From the human T2T-CHM13v2.0 reference genome, Homo sapiens: a stretch of DNA of 64,000 bases. This document shows positions 41,351 to 55,829 of the stretch, in pieces (position 1 is the stretch's first letter; every line of letters begins with the position of its first letter). The position numbers were made by a program, and so were the translations under genes. The stretch covers positions 27,680,001 through 27,744,000 of the forward strand of contig CP068257.2 of NCBI GenBank assembly GCA_009914755.4, in the 5' to 3' direction. The notes under the pieces were generated by a model. That model had not been told where the DNA came from and ran no database searches. It saw only the letters and a program-made list of their open reading frames with translations.

Positions 41351-44050
41351 TCCCCCCTCTAAACAGGACACCCCAACTGCTGCTGGGAATTGGGCGATGA
41401 CTGCTCTAGCTACTTCCTGCTGGATAGAGGCAAAGAAGGGTCCCTGCAGTTGCAGTGTCTTCCAGAGGGGAACTCTCTAGGCCAGTGAAAGGGCCAGCGG
41501 GTCGGTCCAGGGGTCCTCGGTAGAAGTTGTTAGTTTAGCTCATTTGGGGTTCCATTCGTAAGACCATCTGTAGCTTGATGGCCTCGATTCTAGAGGAAAC
41601 AGATTTGACAAGGAGGTTAAAAATAAGGGTCCGAAGGCGAGTAATAGCAAGATGGCTGCCACAGGACCTAGAAAGGGGAGAAGCCATGTTGCCCAACTCC
41701 AGAGGTTGGTATAAGAGTTTTGAAAGGCGTTGTCTGATTTCAGAAGCCTTTTCCTGTAAGCGCCAGGTGGCATCTCTTACTATCCCTGACTGATTAGTGT
41801 AAAAACAACACTCTTCCCCTAAGAAGATGCAGAGTCCTCCTTTCTCAGCAGTGAGGAGGTCTAGGCCTCAGCAGTTTTGGAGAGTCACTGCTGCCAAAGA
41901 GTCTATTTGGGATTGTAGAGTAAGGATAGATTTCGTTATTTCTTGCAAACTATCTGAGAAATCCTGTGAGAGTGTGTGGTAGTAGGATAATGAAGTGGAT
42001 ATACTGGCTATTCCGGTTCCTGTAGCAGTAGCCATTCCTAACCCTATTAAGTAGGGTATTAGTTGTATGGCTCTGCACTGACGGACTTGAGCTTTGAGGG
42101 GAACAGATAGGGTCTGATTTCCATAAAATTAGAAGTTAGTACAATACATGTTACACTGTTAACTTTTAGCAAACTTTTGTTGAAAACCTTGTAAGTTTGG
42201 GGTTTTAATTTTTCTTTGCTATTAATAAAACCTCATTCAGTCCATATTAACTTAGAATTGGTATAGATGGCTCCTTCCTGATACTGTAAGTACTTTAAGG
42301 TTTGGCTGAGTGCAAACAGCTGCATGTTTGAACAGACCAATTATTAGGCAATTTTCTTAACTGCTTCTACAAGAGTTTCCTTATCACTTACTGAATACCC
42401 ATTGTGTCTTTTTTCCTTAGTAGTTGAGGAGGAACCGTATATTATCCTGTCCTGAAGGGAGTTCCTCCTAGATCTGGTCAGACCTTTGTATGGTAATTAA
42501 TTAAGATTTAGATCCCCTGTTAGGAAACCTGCTGGGTTAAGGATTTTTGATAGGAAGGCTATGGGTTGTCAGTGGCTTCAGTGCTTTCGGGCTACGCCCT
42601 TGTTTACACTGACAACAAGGTGATATTGGAGTGTTACAGGGTTACAGAGAAGACCTTCAATTATCAATTATAGGTTTTAAATTTACCCTGGCTTTTAATG
42701 GAATAGGGTACACTGTTTTTCCTTTACTACTTCTATCTCTCTCTTTCTCTCTCTTTGACTTCTTCTTTGTCTCTTTCTTTCTCTCTTCCTTTCTGTTGCC
42801 TCTGCCAGCTGCTTATGTTGCTGTTTTCCCCTCTCCTTCCCCTTTTGATGGCTTTGGCAGTGTAAGACTGCCACCTCCTTGGGTTTTTACACTGCATGCA
42901 ATAACTCCATGGTTTCTTTGTGATATTTAATGGGCGTTCCCCCAGAGGTTAGTAACTCCCTTTCTTTCCATATTGCAGCATGGGCATGTAGGATTAGATA
43001 AGCATACTTGCTATCTGTATACACATTTATTCTTCTTCCCTTTCCCAGTTCTAAGGCTCGGGTCAGTGCCACTAGTTCTGCTAACGGGGCGCTGGTCCCT
43101 GGGGGAAGAGGCTTACTTTCAAGTACTGTTACTGTGGCATAACCTGCCCTTCGTATCCCATTCTCCACAAGTGAACTTCCGTCGGTATATAGGTTAAGGT
43201 GAGGATTAGCTACGGGGACTTCTAAGAGATCATGTCAGGCGGCCTAAGTCTGGACTACAATTTGTTGGCAGTCACGCTCGATTGGTTCCCCATCCTCTGG
43301 GAGAAAAGTGGCAGGGTTGAGGGCCACGCATGTACATATTTGAAGCACCAGTCCCTCAATGAGTAGCGCCTGGTATCTGAGTAGGTGGTTGTCTGATAGC
43401 CATAAACTTCCTTTGGCACCTAGTATGCCATTTACATCATGAGTAGTCCAGACAGTGAGATCCTTTCCTTGTATTATTTTGATAGCCTCTGACACTAAGA
43501 TGGCCACCGCCACAACTACCCTTAAAGAGTGAGGCCAGCCTTTCGCTACTACATCAATTTCCTTACTTAGGTATGCCACTGGTTGTGGGGTTGCCCCATG
43601 AGTCTGAGTAAGGACTCCAAGAGCCATCCTTGCTCTCTCTGTGATGCATAAAGAAAAGTTTCATCCTGTGGGAAGGCTTAAGGCTGGAGCTTGAGTTTGT
43701 TCCTTCCAATGCCCAGACTTCAGGGTTGATTCCCTCCTCAAGTAGGGGACAACAAATGGGTAACTCGTTCCCCATATTCATGTAGATAATAACTCCAGCT
43801 TTGGCTACTCCTACTGGATCTAGTGGAGTCAGCGTGATCCGCTTCTCCCACTCACCTAGTCCCCACACGCCCTGAGAGCTAGTCCCTGTGGTCTGATGTC
43901 CACCCCTCACTTCTTCTGCCCTTTCCTTATACTTCCCTGCTGGAGTGACTGGAAGTGGGGATGCTCTTCCCTGGACACAGGGGAGAAGGAGGGCCCCTGG
44001 GGTTGTCACTTCCTCTGCCCTTTTGGGTGGGGCAGGAAGGGCACATTTGA
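41351..44050 (-). mobile_element. Internal region of a 5'-truncated, internally deleted gammaretrovirus-like (class I, HERV9-type) provirus: polypurine tract, env TM C-terminal remnant, and pol RT/RNase H remnants
   Basis: The minus-strand ORF 42887-43168 reads ...YTDSKYAYLILHAHAAIWKERELLTSGGTPIKYHKETMELLHAV (RNase H motif). ORF 43244-43627 contains ...PVAYLSKEIDVVAKGWPHSLRVVVAVAILVSEA...ALNPATFLPE (MLV-like RT connection region). ORF 41540-41773 contains ...[28 protein letters not shown] (env TM membrane anchor). The PPT gtttagaggggggat lies immediately 5' of the LTR TG (reverse complement of 41350-41364). Frames are broken by stops and deletions. Confidence 0.7.
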
Positions 44051-44343
44051 TGTTAGCAATTCAGCGTAAAAGTGAAAACTAATTTGGCCTCAAGATTTAA
44101 GAGTCATCCAAACAACAGTTACAGGGCTAATATCTTTAATCTTTACACATTTGACAATATCCAATAAAAAGAACACCAAACTACATCAAGACAAAGGAGC
44201 AACAGACATGGGCCTGCAGAGGACAAAAGAGAAAACAGGAGCACTCAATAACCAGGAACTCAGGGACTTTGGAGGCAACCTGTGTGGGTTAAACATGCTT
44301 TTGAAGATTTTTATCATTATTTCTCATTAGAAATATAAAAAGT

Positions 44344-44758
<415 letters not shown>

Positions 44759-46409
44759 TCAAATTAGAAAATAAAAAATGAGGGGGAGTGAAACTGGCAT
44801 TCTAACACAAGGGGGGTAGTATTTAAAATAGCTTTTATGCTTTGGGGAAGCAGTTTGATATTTTATTTAAAACATTTTAAACTAGCCATAACATCAGACA
44901 CAGTAATTGTATGCCAAGGAATCCATCCTGAAGAACAATAATCTTAAATTTTAGGACTATTATTAATCCATAATAATAATAATAAAAATTTCTTCTTATA
45001 TCAAGATGTCCATCATAGCATTTATCATAGTAAATAATTTTGAATAGACCTTTAGAAATGGAAAAAAGCAAAGCACTATATTGTATCTCTACTCAAACTA
45101 AGATTTGACACTGTACTCGGCTCTTTTTATAATTTTTCCCTTAATCCTCACAGTAAAATCAAATGTTTGACACAATGATTGTCTCTTTATGAGTTTTTAG
45201 CTAACAAAATGTTTATGGTAAACATGGAATAAAATGAAAAATACTCATGACAGATGCTAAACATGAAAGCAAGTGATTTATGTATCTAGTATGATTATAA
45301 CCAGGTATATCGAAATCTCTCTGTGAATAAAAAAAATTGAAGTCCATCTGGGGTGAACAGTTGTTATTTATTAAAATTTGCTTTTGCGAGTACTCATGAA
45401 TCTTGAGACAATAACCACCACCACGATTATAAAACTATCAAACACGATTTTAAGCAAAGAAAGAAATGGGGAAAACCGTGAAAGGAAAATAAATCTCAAG
45501 ACTCCAGAATCACTAAGCCAAAGGGAAAAGTCAAGCTGGGAACTGCATCAGACAAACCTGCCTCCCATTTTATTCCTAAATAAAATAACTACAAAGAAAA
45601 ACAATAAAAATAAAAAAGCTACATACCTCCCTCACAATTTGCCCGTAAGGAAATTCCTTGTGAGCCTCAAAGATCTTTACCCTAAAACAGTTCTGTTGAA
45701 CTTCATCCTGGCCATATTAATTGATACCTTATCTTCACAGGCCCAGGACAGAGGACAGACAGAACTCTTGATCATTGCTCTGCTCACCTGTGACAAATGC
45801 ATTTCTCATTGCTTCCTCTGACCTATTGTTTATGTAAAAATGCAGATTCACTGAGTCAGACTAAGGCATCAGTGACTATTCCTCTATTCATTCCACCTCA
45901 CATGTATTCAGTGAAAGGCTGATCGAAGACCCCAAAGAATGAAACCTTTTGTCCCTTATCTACCTCTGACCTGGAATCCCTTACTTCGAGTTGTTCCACC
46001 TTTCTGGACCAAACCAATGTACCTCTTATGCATATTGATTGAGGTCTCATCAATGTATAAAATCAAGCTAAAATGTATAAAACCAAGCTGTGCCCTGACC
46101 ACTTGGGTACATGTCATCATGTACCCAAGACTTCCTGACGCTGTCATAGGCACGTCCTTAGCCTTGGCAGATAAACTTTCTAAATTAATTGAGACCTGTC
46201 TCAAATACTTTGGGCTCACAAAACGTAGCTGTCCATCAGGCAGATATCTAAAAGCAAGAAGTGATATTTTACTCAGCTAAAAGCTGCTATTTTGTCGGCG
46301 GCCTCAGAGGCCTTCCACAATGAACTCCCTCCCCAACCCTCTGGCCTCATTCCCAGGCCCCTGTCCTCTCCTGGGAACTCCTGGGAATGTCATGTTTGCC
46401 CCATTGTCA

Positions 46410-46766
<357 letters not shown>

Positions 46767-48469
46767 CCACATGCTTCCTCCTTCCTACCATTCTACCTCC
46801 AATCCCCATCCCCATATCCTGCCCTCTTGTTTTCTCTCTTTGTAATGCCTGCCACCTCCCAACATAGTATAGAATGAGCTTGTTTACTTAGTCTAGTGTT
46901 TAATGTCTGTCTCACTCCACTAGAATGTAATCATCGCAAGGCCAGGAGATGCGTTTGGTCTGTGCTGCATCTCAAGCAGGACAATGGCTGGAACATAGTA
47001 GGGTCTCCAAAAATGTTTGTTGAACGTTGCTGATGGCGGCATCCTGGAGTAGGAAAAAGACTGAAGAGTGGAAAAAGAAATCCTGACATGAATTCTGGGC
47101 AAAGGCAAGCAGTAGCTGACTTGGAAAATGATTACAGTAGGTTTTGTGCCATTTGAGTTATCAGTATTGCAGATGTTTTTGCACCTGCTCCACCAACAAT
47201 AATTGGGTTAAGGCTTGCAGCTGGGATATTATACAGCTTGCTTTATCTAGGTTTTGTTTTGCTTGCAAATCAATCAATACTTACAATGATTTTAACAAGG
47301 GGAAAGAGCCGTAGTTGTAGACCTTGGAGTGTATTTTTTTTTGTCTAGCTTTAAAAAAAATTGTTAATGTTTTGATACTGTAACTCTTTTTAGTAGTTGT
47401 GGCTTTGCAGACCTTGCTGCACTTTGATCTTTTTCTCGTTCCAGCTATAGATGGCAGCACACCACTACCTACGATCCGATCACCAGCCTGGGTTTGTAAG
47501 TCAGAGCTGTTGGTCAGGAGATGGCAGCTAATGAGTAATCAGTCCAAACTGAATGGCAAATTAATGTCTTCATTAAGTGAACAAACCAGCTTCCTCCATA
47601 AACAAGGTCAGAGTATTTATAACCCAGTGTATTTCATAAAAGCAAAAACGCATCTCCATTTACATAACTTTACTATGGAGCTCATGATTTATCTGCACAA
47701 AGCATATGCAAAATCTCACTTGTATACCGTCTTTAATAAGGACCCATGCCATTCTGATGTAATTATTAATAAAGTCACACTTGATAAGCAGCCTTGTTTT
47801 TCTTACACAAGGTAAATGAAAAGGTGATTGCTTTAAACAAAAGCCACTCTTATAAGATGATATTGGGTGGCCTGTTCCAAATTGAGTTCTTAGTAATAAA
47901 AATGAAGTGTGATCCTTATTGATCAAATATATCTGCCACTTAGGTTCTATGAGAACTTACTTAAAATTTAGAGTTGGTTACACAGGTATAAAGTTTGATA
48001 TTTACCATATGCTACATGTCACTTCAATTCAGTGAATTGAATGCTTAATTTTGCCATCCTTGTCAGAGAACAATGTAGAAATTTCAGAAACTTTTCACAA
48101 AATGACCAGGTGTCAAAGACTCTGAATTTCTGTTTCTAGATCAGTGTCATCCAGTAGAAATATAAAATGAGCCAAATGCAAGTTGCATGTGAAGTTTTAA
48201 ATTTTCTAGAAACCACATGTTAAAAAGTAAAAAAAGAGGTGAAATTAATTTGAATACTGTACTATATTTTATTTAACCAGATATATCCAAAATATTATTT
48301 TTATCAGGTAATCTATATAAAAATTATTGCAATATTGCACATTCATTTTTTTTAATCTGGTGTGTATTTTACACTCACAGCTCATTTCGATTTAGATTAG
48401 CCAGATTTTAAGTGCTCAGTAGCCACATGTGGCTAGTTGGCCACATCATGTTCCGCTCGGCTCTAAAGA

Positions 48470-48950
48470 CTTAGTGCCTGTTATGAGGGGAATTGTGTGC
48501 CCCCCAAATTCATGTGTTAGAATCCTAACCCCCACTACTTCAGAATGTGACCTTATTTGGAGATAGGGTTGTTACCAAGTAAAAACGAGGTCATTTTAGG
48601 GTGGACCTTTAGAGTGGATCCTAATCCAGTATGACTGATGTCCTTCTAAAATGCGGAGACTGGAGACAGGCTCACACACAGGGAGAACTCCATGTGGAGA
48701 GGAAGGCAGAGACTGGGTGATGCATCTCCAAGCCAAGGACCATCAAAGATCACCTTCATCCCCAGAAGCTAGGAGGGAGCCATGGAACAGTCTCCCTCAC
48801 AGCCTCAGAAGGAACCAACCCTGCTGATGTCTTGATTTTGGACATCCAGCCTCCAGAACTGTGAGAGAATACATTTCTGTCGTTTAAGGCACACGGCCTG
48901 TGGTGCATTGTTATGGCAGCCCTAGTCAACCACTACAGAACCTTTGGTTG
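48470..48950 (+). mobile_element. Ancient LTR-like repeat (MaLR-related family with a ...ccagcctccagaactgtgagaaaataca... end)
   Basis: The characteristic motifs tcatgtgttagaatcctaacccccact...ggagatagggttgtta...catccagcctccagaactgtgagagaatacatttctgtcgtttaaggcacac are shared by a very common human LTR family. The subfamily is not assigned. Confidence 0.45.
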
Positions 48951-49627
48951 GTGGCTGCCATTGTTCCAAAGCTTTCCTCTCCTTGCCTTGAATCTCCTCT
49001 TCTCTTCCTTCTGTGCTTTCTCTTCTGGCCTCTCTGTCACTCAACTTTCCTGCCCTCTCTCATCGTTTTCCATAGGATCTCCCTCTCATAGCACAGAAGT
49101 AAGCAGGGAGTTTCTGTTGTAGTAAGCGGGAGATGGGTTCCACCTGAGCAGGGAGATGCCTGACTTGCTTCACGTCTCCAATGGGGATAATATTATCTGC
49201 CAGCTGTCCCCTGGAGCTACTGTTGTGTAGGTGAAGGGCCGACTCAGAAAATGCTTTGAAACCCATAAATAATGACATGGATGAGAATGAGTATTTTGTG
49301 TGTTTTACTTTCACATGTTAGGACTCAAAGGTGGAATGAAGTGTTTTCTAAGTTACTTTGGTTTCTTCTCTCTGTAATTATCTAGGGTTCCTACTTCATG
49401 GTAGGGAATGTGTGAAAGGGCATAGGCCCTGCCACTTTCTTGCCATCTGTCAGTAGTGGGCTTCTACGGGCTGCCTCCCAAGCATGTTTTATATCCTCTC
49501 TACCCAGCGCAGAACGGCCTCCCTAACTCAAAAACCACGTGTTAAGGTGATATGGATCCCACTCCCATCTCTAGAAGTGGGTCCCAAATAGGGTCACTGC
49601 ATCAGATAATTCCAAGGGGTATCATCT

Positions 49628-50002
49628 TGATATTGTTTGGCTTTGTGTCCCCACCCAAATCTCATCTTGAATTGTAATCCCATAATCCCCACGTGTCATG
49701 GGAGGGAGCCGGTGGGAGATAATTGAATCAGGCTGGCTGTTTCCCTCACACTGTTCTCGTGATAGTGAGTGAGTTCTCAGGAGATCTGATTGTTTTATAA
49801 GCGTCTGGCATTTCCCCTGCTGCACTCATTCTCTCTCCTGCTGCCCTGAGAAGAGGTGCCTTCCACCATGATTGTAAGTTTCCCGAGGCCTCCCTAGCCA
49901 TGCAGAACTGTAAGTCAATTAAATCTCTTTGCTTTATAAATTACCCAATCTCGAGTATTTCTTCATAGCAGCATGAGAACGGACCACTACACATCTGCAT
50001 TG
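49628..50002 (+). mobile_element. ERVL-MaLR solo LTR (THE1/MST-like)
   Basis: Contains tgatattgtttggctttgtgtccccacccaaatctcatcttgaattgtaatcccataatccccacgtgtcatgggagggagc...ttataaattacccaatctcgagtatttcttcatagcagcatgagaacggaccactacac. Confidence 0.75.
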
Positions 50003-51215
50003 TCATAAATGTGTATAGTGAACTTGAAGTTGTGCAGTGCACAACCTGCACAGTCATATCTGATAGCCCCAGTCCTGTACAATTAAATCATTCAGGCAAT
50101 CCCGTCTCTCTGACCGTAGTCATAGGTACAGAATGGGTACTAAAATCCCGTAAAGCTGTGAGGAGAGATTGTCCGGGGTTACTGAGAAAAAAACCAAAAA
50201 ACAAAAAACTCTTGCCTTCTCCAGGGACCTACTGATAGACGGCATTCTGAGTGTGATATAAACATATAAGGCTGGCAGCTGTGCTCATGAGAGAAGGGCC
50301 AGTACCTTTTGCGAAGTCACTAGGTGGACCTTGAGGAATAAGAGAGCAGAGATCTGAGAGAGCCAGGGCTTGTGCTTATGCCTCTGGATCAAGCTTTGCC
50401 TGAAGCACCTGTGCAGTTTGTTACATGAGCCCATGTATTTGCTTTATAGAATTGGTTTGGGTTGGATTTTCTTTCCCTTGCTACCCAAAGAATTCTAAAT
50501 GCTACACTGGAGATGGAAGTAAAGAAAGGGGGAGATAGAGATATGTTTCTGGTTGACAGTGCAACAACTATCAAAAACAAAAACAAAGCTTCTTCAAGCA
50601 TCCACAACCATTGCCACAGCAATTTGAATTACATTTTCTAATGAAAACCAGGCCAAATGATCGTTAGCATTCTCAGCTAACTCACAGCAATGTTCTTAAG
50701 TCCATTTGTGATTGTCCAATGCTAAAAATGTATACCAGTTGGCATTAAAAACCTAAACTATTTCTACCACTGCATGGCTTTTAACTAGAGGTTTGTGGTC
50801 TACCCTGAAAACTTAATCTACTATGCATATCTTTATTTCTAAACTAATACGTTCTTTTGAGTTCAGCCTACCTAAAAGCATACTTCTGGTGTACTGCCTA
50901 TTTGTAAATTGAAACTTGTCATAAGTATAATAACATTGCCCCCATTGTTCGTATTAATTCATAGCAAGGGGGAACACTACTGTATAGATGTTATAAATGC
51001 TTAGGCAAGGGAGACCATTCAGCTCTTAACCCAATTTCCTGCTGCAAATATCAAAAGTTGGATCAACATATGCCCCTAGTTACAAAGATGTAACATCATT
51101 TCTAAAGTCTTCAGCAGCAGAATCCTAAAGGGCCCCTAAATTTCAGTCTTAACTTTGTTCCAGCCACATCCCAGCTGTTTCTCCCAAGTACTTCATCACC
51201 TGCAGGCTGTTTTCA

Positions 51216-51459
<244 letters not shown>

Positions 51460-52604
51460 TTTTGGCTACTTTGTAACTGAAATAGATCAATCCCTACAAT
51501 GTCCTTCCCAGGGAGGCCAGGCTCCTAGCCTAGCCTCTTTCTGCCTGCCTCTCTTTGGTGCGTGGGTTTTTCTGTTGTGCCCCTTCCCAAGGCAGGAGCT
51601 GGCATCTCTTTCCCTCCTGCAAACTCAGTCCCATGGATCCTCTTCTTGTTGTTTTCTGCACTGATTTTGTATCGATTCCTCTGGAGCAAACATTGGAAGC
51701 TGCTGTCGGATATGCCAGGGCTCTCTGCCCTGTTGTGTTCTGTGTTGCTAGCTGAAGATTACTCCCGGCTTTGTTTCAAGACCCTTGGAACCAGAATAGA
51801 GGTGACGCTGTCCTGTTTGTACTCTCTCTGGCTGTGATTTTTAAATCCTTGTTCTGAGCCTGCTGTGTTTTTTTTTGTTTTGTTTTGTTTTTTCTCCTCT
51901 GCCTCACTTTTCTAGCTCATTGCCTTCTATATCTTCCGCTGGCTCAGTTTGCCTGAGCCCTCTGCATTTGGCACTAAATCGTAGTTTATTCTAATCCTTT
52001 GCCTGGAAGCTGATGCTGGTAACCAGATGGCAATAAAAAGACACTGAATGCAACATTTCTACCTGTGAGTTGAGAGACAATACTCGTTACTTCCTGGGAA
52101 AACAGTTGGTGTTTTTCTCAGTTGGGGTAAAATGATATTTCTAAAAATCCTATTGTTTTCTTACTTGGATAAATGTTAAAATATGTTTATTAGAAAGTAT
52201 GCTTTTAAATTTTTTTTAGTCTAAAGAAATATTGCTGCTTCTCAGAGTTTTGGCAAATATTGCTTTTCATTTGTTCTTCTTTTCCTGTGTCTTCTTTCTT
52301 TTCACTCTCTTACCACCTATAGATTTAAATTCCATGTCATTTTATTATTATTTACTGTATTAACTAAACTCACTTTTTATTTAGTTCAAAAAGATGGATG
52401 TGTGGAGTATTTTAAATTTGGCTCTTAAAACCACAGTGTATTACAGATTAGAAAGCTATTATTTTTTCTGACATCCAGCAGGCATCATTTCTGTTTTTTA
52501 GCTATCTGACAGCTTGGGGACAGATACGGGCCTTTGTTACGAACTGGGCCAGAGTATTCTTTCTCGAGACTTTTCAAACTAGAGCTAGAAGAGAGGTGCC
52601 CCCT

Positions 52605-53185
52605 GTATTAGTCAGCTACTGCTGCATAACAAAGAACCATAAAATCAGAGTCACTTAAAACAGTGAGCACTTATTTACTTCACATCTCTTCAGGTCTGAT
52701 GAGTGGGCTCCACTGATCTCAGCAGGCCTGCTCATGTGTCTTTAGGCTGGCAGTGGGTGGTTTGATTTAAGGATGTCTCTAGTCCACACTGCATGTTTGC
52801 ACATCTGTTGCCTATGTCTTTGCTATGGTTTGGATATTTGAGCCCTCCAAGTATCATGTTGAGATTTGATCTTCAATGTTGGAGGCAGGGCCTGGTGGGA
52901 GGTGTTTGGGTCCTGAGGGAGGATCCCTCATAAATGGCTTGGTGCCATTCTTGTGGGGATGAGTGAGTTCTCATGAGAGCTGGGTTTTGAAAAGAGCCTG
53001 GCACCTCCTCCTCTTTCTGTCTCTTGCTTCCTCTTTCACCACGTGGCTCCCCTTTACCTTCCACCATGAGTGGAAGCAGCCTGAAGCCCTCACCAAAATC
53101 AGATAGATACCAGTGCCGTGCCTGTACAACTTGCAGAACTGTGACCCAAATAAATTTTTTTTCTGTATAAACTGCCCAGCTGCAG
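52605..53185 (+). mobile_element. Composite of two old LTR-type repeats: a tgtattagtcagctactgctgcataacaaag... unit (52605-52823) followed by an MST/MLT-like MaLR LTR (52824-53185)
   Basis: The second part matches the MaLR LTR: ggaggcagggcctggtgggaggtgtttgggtcctgagggagg...gagtgagttctcatgagagctgggttttgaaaagagcctggcacctcc...ccaccatgagtggaagcagcctgaagccctcacca.... Confidence 0.55.
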
Positions 53186-53673
53186 GCATTTTTTTTTTTT
53201 TGTAGCAACGTCAAAACAGTTTAAGTCAGTCTTTAACCTTTTAGCAGACTAGTTGGGGAATATTCCACAAGAGAGCAAGTGAGAACCTGCAAGGTCACAT
53301 AGACCTAGGCTGTGAAGGGTCATGTTATGACTTATACTCTTATGCCATTAGCCAAAGTAAGTCAAACAAACAAGCACAAACTCAAGGCACAGGCATACAC
53401 CACCCGCTAGGAGGCCATGCCAAGGGTGTGGATACATGGAAGGGTGAAGAACTGGACTAGTCTTTCAATACCACAGCCCCTTTCTTCTCTAGGCGTGGAG
53501 CTGCTAGGAGTGAGCCCCACATCAGACATCTGTCTCTGGTAGGAGAAGACAGTCAAGATCCAGAGAGATGCAATGGAAGACAGGATGGGAGAAGGTCCCA
53601 ATCATTTTCTAGTTATTAATAACAGTTTTGGCTGTGCTTAGATTGCTGCACTTGGGAGGTTTGGTTAATCAAC

Positions 53674-53675
<2 letters not shown>

Positions 53676-53704
<29 letters not shown>

Positions 53705-53710
53705 GTTTTA
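53676..53710. repeat. (TTTTG)n microsatellite
   Basis: tttgttttgttttgttttgtttttgtttt. Confidence 0.9.
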
Positions 53711-55829
53711 CTAGGAGGTAGGCTACTCCACAATCCCTCCAAACTCTTCTTTCTTGCATTAATTAGTATAAACTGCATTTCTGGTACTTGCAACCAAAGG
53801 GTTATGACCCATCTATACTGTTTTTTCTAGATCAGATGGTTTTTATATCAAAAGTTGCTGTCCCTATCCCAATGCAAAGCTTTTTTAGGTTGATTTTTAG
53901 GGGGATAAAATCTTTCATATTGAAAATAAACATTATCACCTATATATCACAGGTTATTAGTTTATTAAGTTAAACTGAACCACATAAGTTTCAAATAAAA
54001 GTGTTACTGAATTTGCAGTAAAAATTACACATAATTAGTGTAAATTAGGAAAGATATAAAACAGTTGGCACAAAGCAATAGCATCCATACTTTTAGCCCA
54101 TTAATTTTATCCCTAGGAATTTACCTCAATAAAATAATATAACAAAAGCAAATGCTCATATACATTACACAATTTATGACAACTGTGATAATAATAAATT
54201 AAAGGGACATGTCTAAATTAAGAGAATGTGTTAACAAATTATGTTAGTTTATCAGGATGGAATATTATGTAGTCTTTATGTTAATTAAGAACATTCTATA
54301 AAATTTCAAAATCCATTTATGACGTAGTACGTGAAAAAGCAAAACAAAATGCAAAATTACAGGGACATCCAGACTAGGTATATAATTTTCTTTTTGTACG
54401 CAGCACAACCATTTTCTTTTTGTGTGCAGTAGAAAAAAACATTTCAAATCTACCTGTAATTTTCTCTTGTTCCGCTAGGAGACATGCATCATCTTTGATT
54501 AAAATTATTCTTCACTGGGACCTTTATTTATGCAAAGGCAAAATTCTATTCTAGACTCAAGAAGCTCGAGCCAGACATCCTAAACATTTCTGAATAGAAT
54601 TATCAAAGGCTGAATTTGTCATGTGCAGAATTGCATCTTTTTAGGGTTATGATGCTGTTGCCTGTGGGTGAGGATGTGGTGGATAACGCCCTTCTTGCAG
54701 TGAGGATAAGGGGGGTTGGAGAAGGTACCCAGGGGACTGGTGGCTCATGGTAATTGATGGACTAGGGGAGGCCACGTAGAGAGGACGCCGGTGGAGAGGC
54801 ATGGCTGATGGACAGAACTCCAGGAGCAGTGATAGTTCATATCCAGTACAGTATTTTTCTTTTTCTCCATTATAATTCTCCTCATTATTCTCAAGCCAAC
54901 AGGAAATTGTCTTAAATGTTTATCCAGATATTTGCTGTACTTTTGGAAATTAAGGGAGGAGCCTGTAACTCTCCTTGCATAAAACAAGAGCCTGACTTGT
55001 GTGAAAAAGTGATAAGAAGATATTCAGTAGAGATCTGCGGGGAAGTCTCAGAGCAGAGGTCCAGAATAAGTTAAGTGTGGACTGCATAAGAATTCCATCG
55101 GTATGGTAGACTGTATTTCTGTTTGCCAAATATTTTACTTTTCCTCCGTCTTTTGCCATGGAAGGAGTTTACTCTTCAACTCTGCCAGACTCAAGAGAGG
55201 CCATTCGCTTTGCTGTGGCCGATGAAATGGGAGCAGCAAAAACATTTATCATTTCTGGGAACCAGTGTACTGTTCTCCATGTCTCCCTTCTCTCACCCTG
55301 GACCTGATAATATTCCAGCTGGTTGCTGCTCCATCATCCTGGAACCTACAAGTTTGGGGAGGGCGTCAAAGCCAGAGGCAACTTTCATTCAACATGTTAT
55401 GTGAGTGTGATGGTTAATTTTATGTGTCAACTTGACTGGATCATGGAGTGGCCAGATATTTCACTAAGCTTTTCTGGGTTTGTGTGATGATGTTTCCAGA
55501 TGAGATTTGCATTTGAGTCAGTGGACTCCATAAGATAGATTGCCCTTCCCTGAATGGAAGTGTATTAGCCAATTTGCTGAGAGCCTGAACAGAACAAAAG
55601 ATGGAGAAAGGAGAATTCACCTCCTCTGCCTGACTGATTGAGCTGGGATATCAGTCTCCTTCTGCCCTCAAACTGAGACTTAAACCATCAGCTCCACTGG
55701 TTCTCAGGCCTTGGGTCCGAAACCAAACTACACTACCAGCTTTCCTGGGTCTGCAGCTTGCAGATGGCAGAGCATGGGACTTCTTAGCCTTCATAATCAA
55801 GCGAGCTAATTCCTCATAATTAGTCCATC

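Noticed and set aside
41540-44009. Minus-strand ORFs 41540-41773, 42887-43168, 43244-43627 and 43563-44009 as possible functional retroviral genes
   Set aside because: They are discontinuous fragments of env TM and pol in different frames, separated by stops and deletions. Integrase and most of env are missing, so this is a decayed provirus and not an intact coding locus.
45378-46280. ORFs 45378-45821 (147 aa) and 45939-46280 (113 aa) in a region that reads like an LTR or other old repeat (tgtgacaaatgcatttctcattgcttcctctgacc...)
   Set aside because: The translation is low-complexity (TTTTIIKLSN..., KKNNKNKKATY). The region looks like repeat-derived or noncoding sequence. I could not confidently assign it to a repeat family either, so it is left unannotated.
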